This document shows, piece by piece, positions 62,501 through 64,000 of a DNA stretch of 64,000 nucleotides. Numbering within the stretch: the stretch's first letter is position 1; the number at the start of each line of letters is the position of its first letter. The notes below the pieces were generated by a model that did not search any database, was not told the DNA's origin, and was given only the letters and a program-made list of their open reading frames with translations. The stretch lies in assembly GCF_000315625.1 (NCBI RefSeq), contig NW_005434673.1:62001-126000 (forward strand), written 5' to 3'. This DNA comes from Guillardia theta CCMP2712 (Eukaryota; Protista; Cryptophyta). A program made the position numbers and the translations under genes.

Positions 62501-64000
62501 ATGAGCTGTGCCCTGCTCGCACCGTCGGGCTTCTGTCTGAGCTCCCAAGCTGTCCTCCGACTACAGTGACGTGTGCCGACCCTGTGACTGCTTGGTTTGA
62601 TCTGCCCAGCCATGAGCTCACCGCCCCCTCGTCCCACGACAGTTGCTCCGTCACGCTTCCGACAGACCCTACGGATGTCAAGGAGACATGGTGACTTCTG
62701 CTCGCCCCCGCCGTGCCCCTGCATCGTATCGAGGTCTCTGATTCCCAGTCAGTGCTTGTACATGCGGTCACGCCTAGCCTCCCTTGCGGTGATGCATTTC
62801 GCGGAAGACAGCCCTGATCCTTGTACCGTCATGCTCACAAGATCCTGTACCTGCGCCGTTGTGTACACGCACCGAGCTCGTCTGGGCTAGCTCCTGAGCT
62901 CCAAGCTTCTGNNNNNNNNNNNNNNNNNNNNNNNNNNNNNNNNNNNNNNNNNNNNNNNNNNNNNNNNNNNNNNNNNNNNNNNNNNNNNNNNNNNNNNNNN
63001 NNNNNNNNNNNCAAGCTACCGCACTCTCCGACATCCATGATGTGCTCTCTGCGGCTGTTGACCCGGACTGTCCCCTCCCTGTCAGGGACACTGTCCCAAG
63101 CCCTAGTCCCGTCACAGTCACAAGCCCCGAGCCAGTGCTGCCTGCGTTGACGCTCGCCCTCCGCAAGCTTCCTCCGTCCCAGGTGATCGCCTCGGAGACG
63201 CTTCCTCCTGCTACCCCGCCTACGGTCAACGTAGCCCCGGATGATCTTGCCGGGCCAAGACCGCTCGCATGACACGTCAGGCTCGACTCCGACTGCCATG
63301 CTGTAGCTTGACAAGCCGTCATGACCGACGCCGACAAGCTCTGGCTTGACAACCCGTATCCCTTGCCTAGCAACCTAACCGTAACATAAGCTGAGGGCTG
63401 ATTGGACACGACAGCGCCTGAAACATCCGCACGATCATACGACACCAGGTCCGAGCCCGTCCCGACCAGACTAGTGACAGTCAGCACGATCTGACCGCTT
63501 CCCAAACCACTCACACGCCACGACCCGACACACACCACACCCGTCTCCGACGTCCACGCCGTGCTCTCGCTCCCCGTGCCCCCGCCCCGCCCTTGACCTG
63601 ACCCCTCGTACCTCCCCAGCCCTGCCCCGTACACCGTCACTCCCGTCGACCCCGTCCCGGCCCTGTTCCCGCCCTCCCTTACCCCGCTCGCCCCCGCCCC
63701 GTCTGCCGAGATCGCCTCCGTCCCCGTGCCTCCGCTCCCGCCCCCTCCTGCCGTCACCCCTACCCGCATGCTCCTCCCCTCTCCTGCTGCCTGCTGGCAT
63801 GATAGGGACGTGTCGCTTTGCCAAGTTGTCACTTGATTTTCGGTTCCTCCTCGCCTTGTTCCTAATGTGTTATCATAAGTTCCATAATTGTTTCCCACGT
63901 AAATTATTTGTATGGCTGGAGTTGCAGGATTGTTTGAATTGATTGTTGTTGTGATGGTTGGCTGGTCGTAGGAGACTGAGAGGACCCTCGTTATTTCAGC
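38909..64000 (-). CDS. Giant polycystin-1-like (REJ-GAIN/GPS-5TM) surface receptor, >8,000 aa, 5' end outside the window
   Basis: Collinear minus-strand ORFs of 374, 284, 182, 2128, 2441, 242 and 2535 aa plus a last exon. Most are joined by short introns (e.g. 39162-39206 gives MLLR|NF); the three 5'-most are separated by a stop and frameshifts near the gap. Domain order: IPT-like repeats, lectin-like module, filamin/Ig repeats, REJ, GPS, 5 TM, IQ-like motif, three beta-sandwich domains. Confidence 0.85.
41775..43015 (-). other. Five transmembrane helices equivalent to the polycystin-1 N-terminal TM domain
   Basis: TM1 LIIIFAMASIFALYFLAIFIG; SALTRPQMITTFF..MTANAIFYG (cf. the PKD1-family FTRxQR..NAMFY motif); GVLSSLITIP; TM4 FAYTLAVCF; TM5 W..S..Q.LLITDP. 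Confidence 0.8.
43091..43201 (-). other. GPS autoproteolysis motif
   Basis: CTYWDNRTNRWTGTGC..VCECFHL/TEF with an intact H-L-T cleavage triad. Confidence 0.93.
44100..45700 (-). other. REJ (PKD/REJ-like) domain
   Basis: IDATSSYGGGGRSMAFTW, AFIDGGSR..LDASASDDPD..FTWNC, NSVPASGYC..CFEWAD..PLSY. Confidence 0.85.
46000..53900 (-). other. Array of filamin/Ig-like repeats
   Basis: Recurring AG..F.I.(A/S)(R/K)D.(F/Y)GN ... G.Y...Y..T.(A/S)G.Y ... I.GSPF units of about 100 aa. Confidence 0.85.
54100..54480 (-). other. C-type-lectin-like cysteine-rich module
   Basis: SWAESNGFCEVLDAHLCSMEEL..GC..WWTSTTC..PVCCA. Confidence 0.6.
56760..58594. repeat. Near-perfect direct duplication of about 535 bp (56760-57295 / 58060-58594) inside the giant CDS
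   Basis: Near-identical sequence at an offset of 1299 nt, which preserves frame. Confidence 0.93.
59258..63801. repeat. Tandem duplication of about 2.1 kb (2 copies plus a partial third) inside the giant CDS
   Basis: The block from 59302 recurs at about 61383. The block from 61427 recurs at 63541. An internal repeat of about 267 bp is also present. Confidence 0.93.
62912..63011. other. Assembly gap (100 N)
   Basis: N run. The equivalent interval in the neighbouring repeat copy (60829-60899) is 71 nt. Confidence 0.99.

Larger units (their letters stand above)
54800..64000 (-). other. Array of IPT/TIG-like Ser/Thr/Gly-rich repeats of about 88 aa
   Basis: Repeated VT(I/V).G.GLG..GG(T/S)A.E.T.W.S(D/E)(T/S).V.C..G.G motif. 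Confidence 0.8.

Noticed and set aside
59047-63272. Plus-strand ORFs up to 326 aa
   Set aside because: Antisense shadows of the GC-rich repeats of the giant minus-strand gene.

Overview
Gene-dense eukaryotic nuclear DNA with short (mostly 40-55 nt) GT-AG introns. The intron style, a Phe+1 bipartite-like leader, EsV-1-7 repeats and a single-domain voltage-gated channel suggest a cryptophyte alga (Guillardia/Hanusia-like); this is inference. Recognisable genes are FANCI, TRMT10/Trm10, a PP2C-family phosphatase, a TPR-GT41 (OGT/SPY-like) protein with a signal peptide, a 1x6TM voltage-gated channel with a PH domain split by EF-hands, a stand-alone lipoyl-domain protein (ETCKA), a signal-peptide EsV-1-7 repeat protein, two SAP-like proteins, a WD40 protein and a head-to-head inverted duplicate gene pair. 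The last 25 kb is one giant (>8,000 aa, running off the window) polycystin-1-like receptor on the minus strand. It has IPT-like repeats, a C-type-lectin-like module, filamin/Ig repeats, REJ, GAIN/GPS and 5 TMs, but no PLAT and no 6-TM channel half; it ends instead in an IQ-like motif and three HECTD1-type beta-sandwich domains. Intergenic DNA shows recurrent GGGGTA/TACCCC zones and CCGG-rich patches. Exon boundaries were read by eye and are approximate.
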